A stretch of 64,000 nucleotides of DNA, taken from contig NC_092673.1 of assembly GCF_964355755.1 (NCBI RefSeq), positions 24,797,648-24,861,647 of the forward strand, written 5' to 3'. Positions 14,701-25,732 of the stretch are shown piece after piece; the stretch's first letter is position 1; each line of letters starts with the position of its first letter. The notes under the pieces were generated by a model that was given only the letters and a program-made list of their open reading frames with translations, did not search any database and was not told where the DNA came from. Origin of the DNA: Antedon mediterranea (lineage: Eukaryota; Animalia; Echinodermata). A program made the translations under genes and the position numbers.

Positions 14701-15800
14701 ATGGCGTAAAATGACAGCTTGACGGCATGGACCGGAGCAAGTGGTATTTTTCTGAAACAACTGGACCAGACTAGCCCCAACCCATGTATATTCATCCCGG
14801 TCCATGCCGTTTATAACGTAATCATAGCCCTATAAATCATACGTTTACATTGCATTTTTTATAAAAACCTTAAATTGTAGTAACGTTTTAAAATGGCGTA
14901 AAATGACAGCTAGACGGCATGGACCGGGGCAAGTGGTATTTTTCTGAATTGACTGGACCCTACTTGCCCCAACCCATGTATCGTCATCCCGGTCCATGCC
15001 GTTTATAACGTAATTATAGCCTATACATCATACGTTTACATTGCATTTTTATGAAAACCTTAAATTGTAGTAACGTTTTAAAATGGCGTAAAATGACAGC
15101 TAGACGGCATGGACCGGGGTAAGAGGTATATTTCTGACATGACTGGACCCTACTGGCCCCAACCCATGTATCGTTATCCCGGTCCATGCCGTTTATAACG
15201 TCATTTTAGCCCTATAAATCATACGTTTACATTGCATTTTTTATGAAAACGTTAATTTGTAGTAACGTTTTAAAATGGCGTAAAATGACAGCTAGATGGC
15301 AAGGACCGGGGTAAGAGGTATTTTTCTTAAATGACTGGACCTTACTCGCCCCAACCCATGTATCGTCATCCCGGTCCATGCCGTTTATAACGTAATTATA
15401 GCCCTATATTTCATCCGGTTATATTGCATTTTTTATAAAAACGTTAAATTGTAGTAAGGTTTTAAAATGGCGTGAAATGGCAGCTAGACGGCCTGGACCG
15501 GGTCAAATGGTATTTTTCTGAAACTACTGGACCCTACTAGCCCCAACCAATGTATCGTCATCCCGGTCCATGCCGTTTATAACGTAATTATAGCCCTATA
15601 CATCATACGTTTACATTGCATTTTTTATGAAAACCTTAAATTGTAGTAACGTTTTAAAATGGCGTAAAATGACAGCTAGACGGCATGGACCGGGGTAAGA
15701 GGTATTTTTCTGAAATGACTGGACCCTACTCGCCCCAACCCATGTATCGTCATACCGGCCCATGCCGTTTATAACGAAGTTATAGCCCTACTATAAATCA
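11762..15800 (-). repeat. Right arm tandem array, ~21 copies of the same monomer in inverted orientation
   Basis: Reverse-complement monomers (CCCGGTCCATGCCGTTTATAACGTAATTATAGCCCTA) begin immediately after 11765. Confidence 0.97.
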
Positions 15801-15958
15801 TAGCCCTAGTTAATCTAAGCCGTAAGTATAAAATCATTTAATTAAAATATTACACATATTGCGCCCCATACATGTGAATGTGAATGTCGAATAAGGATCC
15901 AACTTCACAAAAAAAATTGAATATCGAATAAGGAATAAGTAACCAACTTCACGCCGGT

Positions 15959-16051
15959 CCAAAGCTTGCCGGGCAGCGAACCACCAATTCCACATGTTAC
16001 TCGAAAATTCGGAGTATTTCCATGAATTGAATTATAATGCCTTAGCAAATA
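15959..16051 (-). pseudogene. EnSpm transposase remnant, 5' zinc-finger part
   Basis: Minus-strand YLLRHYNSIHGNTPNFRVTCGIGG, (+1 frameshift), CPASF; continues across the removed insertion into GIYNSFYKHVIRRH, forming a C2H2-like finger. Confidence 0.75.
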
Positions 16052-16450
16052 GGGTAGCAAATACTGTACCTACTTCAGTTTACTGGCACCAACTTATCGC
16101 TTTTTTTCGGACTGCAACAAACATGTGTCATTATTATTGTCTGTCGTATTACTGTTGGTCCAGACGTTTTACAGATTTGCTTTAACCACCATGGAGGTTT
16201 ATACCTCCATGCTTTAACGTTGAGCAGTATAATGACCTTATACATTCTGGGTAAAAGGCCAGCGATAAATTTTTGGTTATAGTTGAAAAACAACACTGTG
16301 TGTGGTCGATGACCTAGCTCCCGGCGGGATCATGGCCAACGGTTTTTTAAAGTAATCATTCAAAATCTAGAGTTTGTAAGTAAAAGACACCTTTCATCGC
16401 AATTTATATATTAAATGCTTCAATGGGCCTAGTAAGATTAGTCTAATATA

Positions 16451-18567
16451 ATGTCGAAGGAAGACGCTTTGTTGAAGATCCGAGAAATAGATGAAGAAAT
16501 GGTCAACATTTTAACAGGTTCGTAGGCCTAATAATTATATTTTAATCTGCCAGCAGTCTAGGCCTTGCCTGGCCCTAGCCTAGGCTCCTTCCTAGTTAGT
16601 AATACTGTAGGCCTGGAACTAGTAGGTCTAGGCTAGCCTACTATGCCTGTACTGACGGACAGGTGTATAGGTTTAGCTTAGCATTTTAGTTCAGACATTG
16701 ACAGAGGGGACAAATATTGTCGGACCTATTTCAGCTAGGTATAAGGAAGGCCTAATAATAGATAATACAATTATAATGTAACAGTTATTTTGTAATGTAG
16801 CCATGAAATATCTACGAAGGATTATACTGTATTATATACACATATTCCAATGAGAAATATGACATTTAAAAACACTTCTTTATATTTAATTAATTGTACA
16901 CACTAAGTAATCCCCGAAGTGATCACATCGATATTGAAACTTTATGTTTTTAACTCTAAATTTAAAAAAAACATACTAAAAAAACAAACAAAAAACATAC
17001 GTACTGCATAACTAAAATTGTTATATTAAATTTCTTTTTAAAAAACTGTGTTATTTACAATATCTTAAATTATTTGTTAGGTAATTGAAGAAGTTCGAAG
17101 GATACTAATTATTACTAGGCAAAGAGGAATGAAATACAAAAGAAAGCTTTTTAAAAAAGTGCTTAGCAAATTTTTCCAAAGAAGAGAATAATATAGTTTA
17201 TTTTGGTATTTTAAAGAGAAACACCAGTCCTCCATCTGGTAAGTACAGTGTATGTTTTTGTACTTTTATCTATTCATAAATAGTTTTATAATGGACCAAT
17301 GGTAGTGAGGAAAATACGTGTACATATTGTGTACGTATTTTTAACAGCTTGGTTCGACTCAAGCTAGTGTCATGCACTCCTCCCTTTGACAACTAAAATT
17401 AAATAAATGACTTATGAATATTAATTTTTGACATATTAATGCTCTCCTGGCCAGCCCACCCTTTCCCCTTCCTTTTACATTGACCATCTACAAAACTGTA
17501 GGCTACATTATTAAAAATTTGAGCTACAGTATATCAAGTTTATGTCCATACATTATTCCACTCATTTAAATAAATTTATATAATATAATGTTTTCAATTT
17601 GTTATTTTTGGTTAGGTTCAAAGATAACCCATATGTTGTCAAATCTGTCAAACATATTTGTTGGGAAAAACTCATCAAAAAAAGTCTGCCGACCTTGAAG
17701 GTATTTAGTGTTTTTTAAAATTTAAAATACAAGTAACATTATGTACATTAAAAAAAAATATCTTAAAGTGTTTTTTTAAAATAGCTTAAAATTCGAGGTA
17801 AATACTATGTTTACAATAATTTATTAAAATCAAACAATTAAACAAAATTTACATTTAATTGTATGATTGTTATTATAAACATTGATACGGAATAAAAACA
17901 TCAATCAGGATTGAGCACCGTTTTGCGTATTGTCTTCCTAAATAGTAATATTAAAAATAAATTTAGACCCTAATAATTTAACTAAAAATAATAGATACAG
18001 CCAGGCCTGTCTTTGGGATCGGTATAAACAGGGCAAAGTTTGTGATTAAAAAGTTCAAATGCATATTCCACCCACCCTTATGTCTTATAATGTAAAATTA
18101 TTCTTACCACCGTTCTAATATTGCGTCATGTTTTTGTGTTTACCGCCCCAGATATAGGACTCTAAAACCACACCGTACCCAATTAGTTGATGATGTTACA
18201 CATATTTTAAATACAGTAATAACTAAAACTATATTAATCTCTTTTCATTTTTAGGAACATGAATAAAGATCCAGAATCCTGGTCTTCACGCCGATCAGGT
18301 AATATGCCGGTATTGCTTTTGGACACAGAAATGGCCTACATTAAAGTTTAGCAAACAATTCTAACTACAAAGAAAGCAAAATTAGATGAGGCTCTAGTTA
18401 CTCTCCTCTCCACTTTTTACCTTCTGGATTTCGATTATCCAAAATGAAAAGAAGTTGGCCTCACTATTCTTTAACAGTTAGTGATTTGTGATGAAAACAC
18501 ACCTGTACACTTGACAAAGGCTGTTGAATCATCATTAGTATACATTAATAAATTTAAAGACACCTAA
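16451..18567 (+). pseudogene. EnSpm ORF2 / SAMD3-like pseudogene (exons ~16451-16517, ~17081-17238, ~17616-17700, 18255-18567)
   Basis: MSKEDALLKIREIDEEMVNILT|gt; tag|VIEEVRRIL; last exon ...LDEALVTLLSTFYLLDFDYPK*KEVGLTIL*QLVICD... with the FYxxxxxYP motif and three premature stops; AATAAA at ~18663. Confidence 0.72.
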
Positions 18568-18789
18568 TAGTTTAAAGCCCAGGTGCGGGAGAAGAATTTT
18601 ACGAAATTTGTATTTTACCATTTTAATGTTTTTAAGTTTTCTTTTGATGGCATTTTATTATTAATAAAAACAAGTTTGTTTTAAAGAAGTTGTATATATT
18701 ATTGTACCTAATGTCATGTAAATTGTAGTTCTTAATGAAAATAACAGTATTGTTAATATTATGTTTTATAACATTCTTGAATTTATTTG

Positions 18790-20810
18790 TTTAAGTAAAA
18801 TATTACTTAAAATGAGTATTCATTTATCGTTCTTAAAATAAATTTTTAATGATTTATATTTTATAGAATTCTTGTTTCAAGCAATTTTTTTCCCAATATA
18901 AGTAAGAATTTACGAATTTTGATTTGATAGAATTCTTGTTTCAAGCAATACTTTTCTTTAAATAAGTAAACATTTACTGGTTTTTATTTGATAGACTTCT
19001 TGTTTACTTATTTTAAAAAAAGTTTTGCTTGAAACAAGAATTCTACAAATAAAAATCGGATCTTACTTATTTTAAGAAATATATTGCTTGAAACAAGAAA
19101 ACTAAAAATATAAATCGGAATATTCTTACTTATTTTAAGAAAAATATTGCTTAAAACAAGAATTCTAAAAAATACAAACCGGAATATTCTTACTTATTTT
19201 AAGAAAAATATTGCTTGAAACAAGAATTCTACAAATAAAAATCGGAATATTCTTACTTATTTTAAGAAATATATTGCTTGAAACAAGAATTCAAAAAATA
19301 CAAATCGGAATATTCTTACTTATTTTAAGAAAAATATTGCTTGAAACAAGAATTCAAAAAATACAAATCGGAATATTCTTACTTATTTTAAGAAAAATAT
19401 TGCTTGAAACAAGAATTCAAAAAATACAAATCGGATATTCTTACTTATTTTAAGAAATATATTGCTTGAAACAAGAATATTAAAATTAAAAATCGGAATA
19501 TTCTTACTTATTTTAAGAAAAATATTGCTTAAAACAAGAATTCTAAAAAATACAAATCGGAATATTCTTACTTATTTTAAGAAAAATATTGCTTGAAACA
19601 AGAATTCTACAAATAAAAATCGGAATATTCTTACTTATTTTAAGAAATATTTTGCTTGAAACAAGAATTCAAAAAATACAAATCGGAATATTCTTACTTA
19701 TTTTAAGAAAAATATTGCTTGAAACAAGAATTCAAAAAATACAAATCGGAATATTCTTACTTATTTTAAGAAAAATATTGCTTGAAACAAGAATTCAAAA
19801 AATAAAAATCGGAATATTCTTACTTATTTTAAGAAATATCTTGCTTGAAACAAGAATTCAAAAAAATACAAATCGGAATATTCTTACTTATTTTAAGAAA
19901 TATATTGCTTGAAACAAGAATTCTATAAAATACAAATCGGATATTCTTACTTATTTTAAGAAATATATTGCTTGAAACAAGAATATTAAAATTAAAAATC
20001 GGAATATTCTTACTTATTTTAAGAAAAATATTGCTTAAAACAAGAATTCTAAAAAATACAAATCGGAATATTCTTACTTATTTTAAGAAAAATATTGCTT
20101 GAAACAAGAATTCTACAAATAAAAATCGGAATATTCTTACTTATTTTAAGAAATATTTTGCTTGAAACAAGAATTCAAAAAATACAAATCGGAATATTCT
20201 TACTTATTTTAAGAAAAATATTGCTTGAAACAAGAATTCAAAAAATACAAATCGGAATATTCTTACTTATTTTAAGAAAAATATTGCTTGAAACAAGAAT
20301 TCAAAAAATAAAAATCGGAATATTCTTACTTATTTTAAGAAATATCTTGCTTGAAACAAGAATTCAAAAAAATACAAATCGGAATATTCTTACTTATTTT
20401 AAGAAATATATTGCTTGAAACAAGAATTCTATAAAATACAAATCGGAATATTCTTACTTATTTTAAGAAAAATATTGCTTGAAACAAGAATTCAAGAAAT
20501 ACAAATCGGAATATTCTTACTTATTTTAAGAAATATATTGCTTGAAACAAGAATTCAAAAAAATACAAATCGGAATATTCTTACTTATTTTAAGAAATAT
20601 ATTGCTTGAAACAAGAATTCTATAAAATACAAATCGGAATATTCTTACTTATTTTAAGAAATATATTGCTTGAAACAAGAATACACAAAAATACAAATCG
20701 GAATATTCTTACTTATTTTAAGAAAAATATTGCTTGAAACAAGAATTCTATTTAAAAAAATCGATAAATTGTTACTTATTTTAAGGCAGATACTGCTTAA
20801 AACAAGAATG
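18790..20810. repeat. Right subterminal array of the EnSpm element (63-bp unit, 506-bp higher-order repeat)
   Basis: CTTACTTATTTTAAGAAAAATATTGCTTGAAACAAGAATTC repeated; 21-aa period in spurious ORFs; identical 107-aa ORFs at 19589 and 20095; units before ~19005 are inverted. Confidence 0.95.
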
Positions 20811-21939
20811 AAAAAAGCAATTAAACTCTTGGTAAGAATATTGTTCTTAAAGTATTATTTCTTGGTAAGAATAATTTTCTTGATAAGAATTTGTGTGATT
20901 CTTGTTAAGAATTTTACGATTCTTGGTAAGCCAAAAAGTATTGAAATACGGACAAGTCAAAATTTACTTGTTTCAAGAAATATTTTGCTTGAAACAAGTT
21001 TTTTTTTTCTTAAAACAAGAATCAGAATTTTGCTGTGTGGCATTGATAGTATTTTGGGTCTCTGAGTTCCAATGATTATGGCAATTTAATTCATAGAAAC
21101 TTTCGTTGGCTCACCAAAGATCAAATAAGGCCTAGGCCTATATGGGCTGTTGTTCATGCACATAAAATACGGACAGTCTATAGGGCTGGGCCTGCGCTTG
21201 GATTATAAGTTGTATTGATTACTGTTTGAGTATTTTTAGATTGTATTAATCCCTTCGAGGTTATAATATTACAATTGAGATTAAGGGATGTCATTGTTTA
21301 CCCAATATAACACAAACCTAGTTCAGTGTGTTGAGAGGTGCAGTAAGCCCCCTTCCGAAAGTACGTTTTGTGGTTAGGGGAGAAATGCTTAAAACACCAC
21401 TGGAAATGTAGATCTGTTTGTGTCAGGTTATCAACAAACACATAAACAAAACAAAATTCCAATATTTACGAATTTTTATTTGCGTATAAAAATTTTTTTA
21501 TTATATTTATTAAATATAATAAATTTAAATAAATTTATTAAAATATAATCATTTTGAAAACTTTAAATACAAACGGATATTTTATTTTACAATAATTATA
21601 ATAAATTCGGATCATAAATATCGTATCGAAACTTGTTAATATTGTTTAAGGCTTTACGCAACGAAAACCGAGTTTACTGGTCCACGTCTCTAATCATCAT
21701 ATTTTATGGCGATCTTGTATTGGTGTTTTTCTTTATACACTGTTGGATCTTGAATAAATTAATAGATAAAAATAAATCAGTTGAGAAGCCTGGTCTTCGT
21801 AAGTTCCCTGTATTCTCAGTTAAAACAGATAGTTATCATACCACTAGTTAATGCTTCAAAATGTTAATGTACGTATAAAAGTGGTTGTTTTTTGTAAATT
21901 GTGGCACATGGAGAACAGGCAATGAGGGCTTTTCTACAG

Positions 21940-23142
21940 TTATAAGCTGGAAGCATCACTGCTGCCACTCCTACTGTTAGGCCTATAACACTGCTCACTT
22001 AAATAACTTTCTGAATTTTGCCTTGGTGTTGAGCGTTGTTCATGCATATATTTATAATACGACATTTCACTACACCGGCAGCTTAAAATTCTTTTATACG
22101 GTTTCCTAAAATCTCGGTTAAACATCGGATAGATGATCGGATTAAGGAACGAATTCGCGTAGCCTAGCCAAAGAAAGAGATTTTGTATCCACGTTTGAAT
22201 ATTGCAGTCGCAATACGGCCTGACAAGAGTCACGATAAAAAATGGCAGCCAGCAGACGATAAACGTGCCCATGATTATTCCTAAAGTTTGAGTGGCTTTA
22301 CTTTCCCGGCTATTTGACGTCTTTAGCATTACTGAATTCTTCCGTCGATAAAGAGAGCCAACTATGCTAGTGCTTTTTCGTCGTTTAGATTGGACGTATT
22401 CTGGTGATGTTTTTACCGAACCGTTTGCGTTCAACTTTAAAACTTCATCCGTTTGCTTAACTGCAAAGTTTGCGCCTACCAGATTGTTAATTATCGACAA
22501 TCTTCGTTTCTCAACCGCTGCCGCTGTTCTTGCCGCTTTGTGTATTTTATAATAGAGAACTAACATAACCGCTAGCGGTCCATAAAATGCACCGACTGTT
22601 GAATAAATTGTATATCCTAAACTTTGGCTAACAAGACAGTTATTGTCAACATGTACATTGCGTCCCCATCCAAACAGAGGAGGTAACGTAATGATAATGG
22701 CCACGATCCAAACACACATAACAATGATCGCCATAAATTTACAAGTTCTGCGTTTACAGTACTGCATCGGTCTGGTAATAACAAGGTACCTATCGACACT
22801 TATCATACACAAATTCAAAATAGAAGCTGTACAACAGACGATGTCCAAAAATATCCACACGTCACAAATTGCGTCGGTCAAGAGCCATTGCCCGGTTACT
22901 TGGGTGACCAGTGCAATCGGCATGACCAGTATGGCTACGGCCATATCAGCAACCGCCAAGTTCACGTATAGGTAGTTCGATGGTGAGCGTAATTTACGCT
23001 CTAACCAGACGGATAATATCACCAGGCAATTTCCGACTATGGTACAGAGTATTAGAAGTAAAAGTATTACAAATTCAACGATCAAAACACCTTCTGGTAA
23101 ACCCGAAGGCGCTGTTGTATTAGTATCCGTCGAGTAATCCAT
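21940..23142 (-). CDS. HTR7: 5-hydroxytryptamine receptor, 5-HT7-like, intronless CDS (400 aa)
   Basis: 7TM with GN, LAVAD, TM3 DIVCCTASILNLC, DRY, CLVSQSLGYTIYST, CWLPFF, WLGYANSFLNPIIY, FNRDFR; ECL2/TM5 and TM7 motifs resemble 5-HT7. Confidence 0.88.
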   Translation of the reverse strand: MDYSTDTNTTAPSGLPEGVLIVEFVILLLLILCTIVGNCLVILSVWLERKLRSPSNYLYVNLAVADMAVAILVMPIALVTQVTGQWLLTDAICDVWIFLDIVCCTASILNLCMISVDRYLVITRPMQYCKRRTCKFMAIIVMCVWIVAIIITLPPLFGWGRNVHVDNNCLVSQSLGYTIYSTVGAFYGPLAVMLVLYYKIHKAARTAAAVEKRRLSIINNLVGANFAVKQTDEVLKLNANGSVKTSPEYVQSKRRKSTSIVGSLYRRKNSVMLKTSNSRESKATQTLGIIMGTFIVCWLPFFIVTLVRPYCDCNIQTWIQNLFLWLGYANSFLNPIIYPMFNRDFRKPYKRILSCRCSEMSYYKYMHEQRSTPRQNSESYLSEQCYRPNSRSGSSDASSL

Positions 23143-24451
23143 CCTATAAATTATCCTCGCTCATCTTGATGCAAAAAATCACATAATCACACACTAAGTA
23201 CGTTTATCTAAGCAGATATTAATAATATAAATACTCCATTCCGGTGTGAACGTACGTTAAACGTTTGCACTGACCGTGAAAGTGGAAACATAGTTGAAGG
23301 AACACATTTCAACCTCCGAATTTAACATTCAATACACGGCCAATGGATTACACCGAGAACAGTTATAATATAAAACAGTCTAAAATCGAATCGATTACCA
23401 ACGACTTCTGAAAGCAACAATAACATTAGCGATTATCGACACGTTATTCTTTAGTCCGATTGTTGTCTTGTCTCCTCCTTCGTCGTATTGTCTTTAGACG
23501 CGCAGGACGCCAAGATTTTAAACAATGTAATTTCAGTTGAAAGACAGATGATATCCTAAATAATTAAACGCCTAACAGGCATTAAAAAAATAAATGTATT
23601 TTAAACATGAACTTTAAAATGCAGTTAAAAATGTTTTTTGGTTAAATACCTAACTTAAACTAAGAGCCTAGTGTGAACTTCTTAAAAGCCGAAAAAATAT
23701 GTTGTTCTGAGATTCAATATTTACAATTTATATGAAATTATATGAAATGTTTTTCTTTTCATGTAACACATGGGAGGCCTAATAAAACCTTTGGTACCCA
23801 ACGAATAATGGAAGTATTCCCTGTCTAATAAAGGATATTGTCCCAGCGTCTAAACATGGTTGAATATGATGGTCAAACAAGGGTGGCGTGAGTTATCATT
23901 ATAATTAAAATTAACACCACCACAAACGGACACTAATTGTGTGTGGCGGATAATTTATTGGTATGAAAAAATAACAGCGCGGATAAGTGTCAATAACTTG
24001 GTAATTCGGTAAGGATTCGGTAAGAATTGAATCAGTATTAAAAAGTTTTATGCAATGCAAATATATCATTATACCAAACATTCCTAATAGATTAAAAATA
24101 ATTCGATGATTATAAAATAAATCAATAAATAGATGAAACCAATTAGAATTAAACTGGTTATGCAAGAATGCCATACGGCGTCATCTACTCACGTCACGTG
24201 TGTGACTGTGGAGCGGTTTAACCAGAAATGGAAGGAAACGAACGATAATTTCATGGTGAAGTACCAAACAGTTTTCAGGTGCTTAGGATTGTGTTTTTGA
24301 GAATTTATTGGGTTAGTACATACTGTTACTACTAAATTAATCTTTTATATTGTAAATCCACTTCTGCTGCTTCTTTCAGAATTTATAACAGTAGGCCTAA
24401 GGTAATTAGGCCACGTTTTGATTGGTAATAGGCCTATTAGCAAGTTTTGAA

Positions 24452-24658
24452 ATGGGTTACTTAAATTATTAGAAGGGGAATTGGGGGGGGGGGGGGGTTA
24501 CTAGAGTAGTGGGTTACTATTATTACTAATCTTAAATTAGGCACCTGAATATAGTAACCCACCCCAACTTTTTAGAGTAGTGGGTTATTATTATTATTAT
24601 AGATTGACTTATAAAGTGGGTTACTATTAATTAGAAGATAATATTAGAAGATTTACGG
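24452..24658. mobile_element. Partial Tc2/pogo-like MITE (same family as 54159-54595)
   Basis: GGGTTACTATTA repeats, AATCTTAAATTAGGCA, and end ATTAGAAGATTTACGG followed by TA. Confidence 0.7.
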
Positions 24659-24805
24659 TATCTTCAAACTAATTTACTAAAACTAAGGATGGATAAGCAA
24701 GCCTGCGAGCTACAGCGATTTTAATTGCTTTTGCTTATCCTTGCCTCCTTAGATTTTCACCTGTCTTGTTTTTGTTACCTTGTTTTAAATGTATTTCGAT
24801 TTTAA

Positions 24806-25203
24806 AGGCCCATTTACACTAGGACGATAACGATCGACGATAAATAGATAAGCATGCATTTTTCTTATATAAAACAAAATAATTTAGAAAGTTTTTCGTT
24901 CTAGAATTATAGAATACTCATTTATTCTGTCTTTGATAAAATAATTTTTTTTTTAAATCCAATCAAATGACGTCATGATCAATAAACAAAAAATATCGTT
25001 GTATTGTCACGATATTATTGCTCTTACTAATGATGACGTCATTTGATTGGACGTCTGAAAATATCATTTTCATCAAAGGAAGCATAGATGGTTCCTAAAT
25101 AGTCCTAGAATAAAAAAAAATTAGATTTCTTTTGTTTTATGTATGAGCAATGCAAATTTGTTTATTTATCGTCGATCGTTATCGTCCTAGTGTAAATGGG
25201 CCT
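24806..25203. mobile_element. Palindromic MITE, PIF/Harbinger-like termini (398 bp)
   Basis: ~41-bp perfect TIR AGGCCCATTTACACTAGGACGATAACGATCGACGATAAATA; flanked by TTAA on both sides; interior imperfectly palindromic. Confidence 0.9.
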
Positions 25204-25584
25204 TTAAGGCTAAAAATAAAGAATGAATGAATGAATAATTGTTTATGTCTCATGGCAACAATTTTGTACTGAGCTCGTATCTGCTACTTGGGTTTACCAC
25301 CTCGTTCACTGAATCATTCCAGTAGCTCATTCAACGCCTAAACAATAATGTATTACAATAGTAAAATTTATTAGAATTAAAGGAATGAGTTACACTACTA
25401 TATATACTTATACTAGAAAATCTTTTGAATTAATTGATTAAGAATAATCCTATATATTTTTTTGTAAAGCGTAACAATGCCTGTAGCGCGTATTTAGAAC
25501 ATAAATGCGGACACGCGATATTGTTTTCATGACGTACAAGTGTGGCACGCACACTAAAATGTTCGTGGCGCTATAGTATCTTTG

Positions 25585-25630
25585 TATAAAAGGCACCGAA
25601 AACGGAGCTCCTCTTTATCACCAGTCGTCA
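25585..25630 (+). promoter_or_regulatory. Putative TATA-box core promoter of the coiled-coil kinase gene
   Basis: TATAAAAG at 25585 with Inr-like TCA/CCAGTC ~33-40 bp downstream, ~150 bp before the first ATG. Confidence 0.5.
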
Positions 25631-25732
25631 GAATTTTTTTTTTTATGGTTGTAAATACGACGAATTAATTTACCTTTACGCACCCTGAATATTTTATTTG
25701 TATAATTTATACGTTGTCCATAAGCTATCATT

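Larger units (their letters stand above)
3966..15958. mobile_element. Giant non-autonomous foldback (FB/MULE-like) element, 11,993 bp
   Basis: ACCGGCGTGAAGTTGG at 3966 mirrors CCAACTTCACGCCGGT ending 15958; ~185 bp near-perfect outer inverted repeat; 9-bp TSD CCAAAGCTT at 3957-3965 and 15959-15967. Confidence 0.95.
1561..21037. mobile_element. CMC/EnSpm (CACTA-like) DNA transposon, internally deleted, carrying a nested foldback element
   Basis: TIR CACAGCAAAATT at 1561 and AATTTTGCTGTG ending 21037; TG duplicated on both sides (1559-1560, 21038-21039); subterminal tandem arrays at both ends; internal transposase-like and SAMD3-like ORF2 remnants. Confidence 0.88.

Noticed and set aside
4126-15800. 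CRISPR-like or integron-like array of palindromic repeats
   Set aside because: Sequences between the conserved stems are homologous to each other rather than unique spacers or cassettes; no cas or integrase gene; eukaryotic context.
3966-15958. Assembly artefact from a fold-back chimeric read
   Set aside because: Arms differ in length and monomer variants, a 9-bp TSD is present, and the flanks rejoin into one coding sequence. Exact copy number could still be misassembled.
19211-21065. Repetitive LLETRIQK ORFs
   Set aside because: By-product of the 63-bp repeat with frequent frameshifts.
22364-22975. Overlapping ORFs within HTR7 (likewise at 30209-30641 and 38392-38962)
   Set aside because: Antisense or alternate-frame shadows of real CDSs with no motifs.
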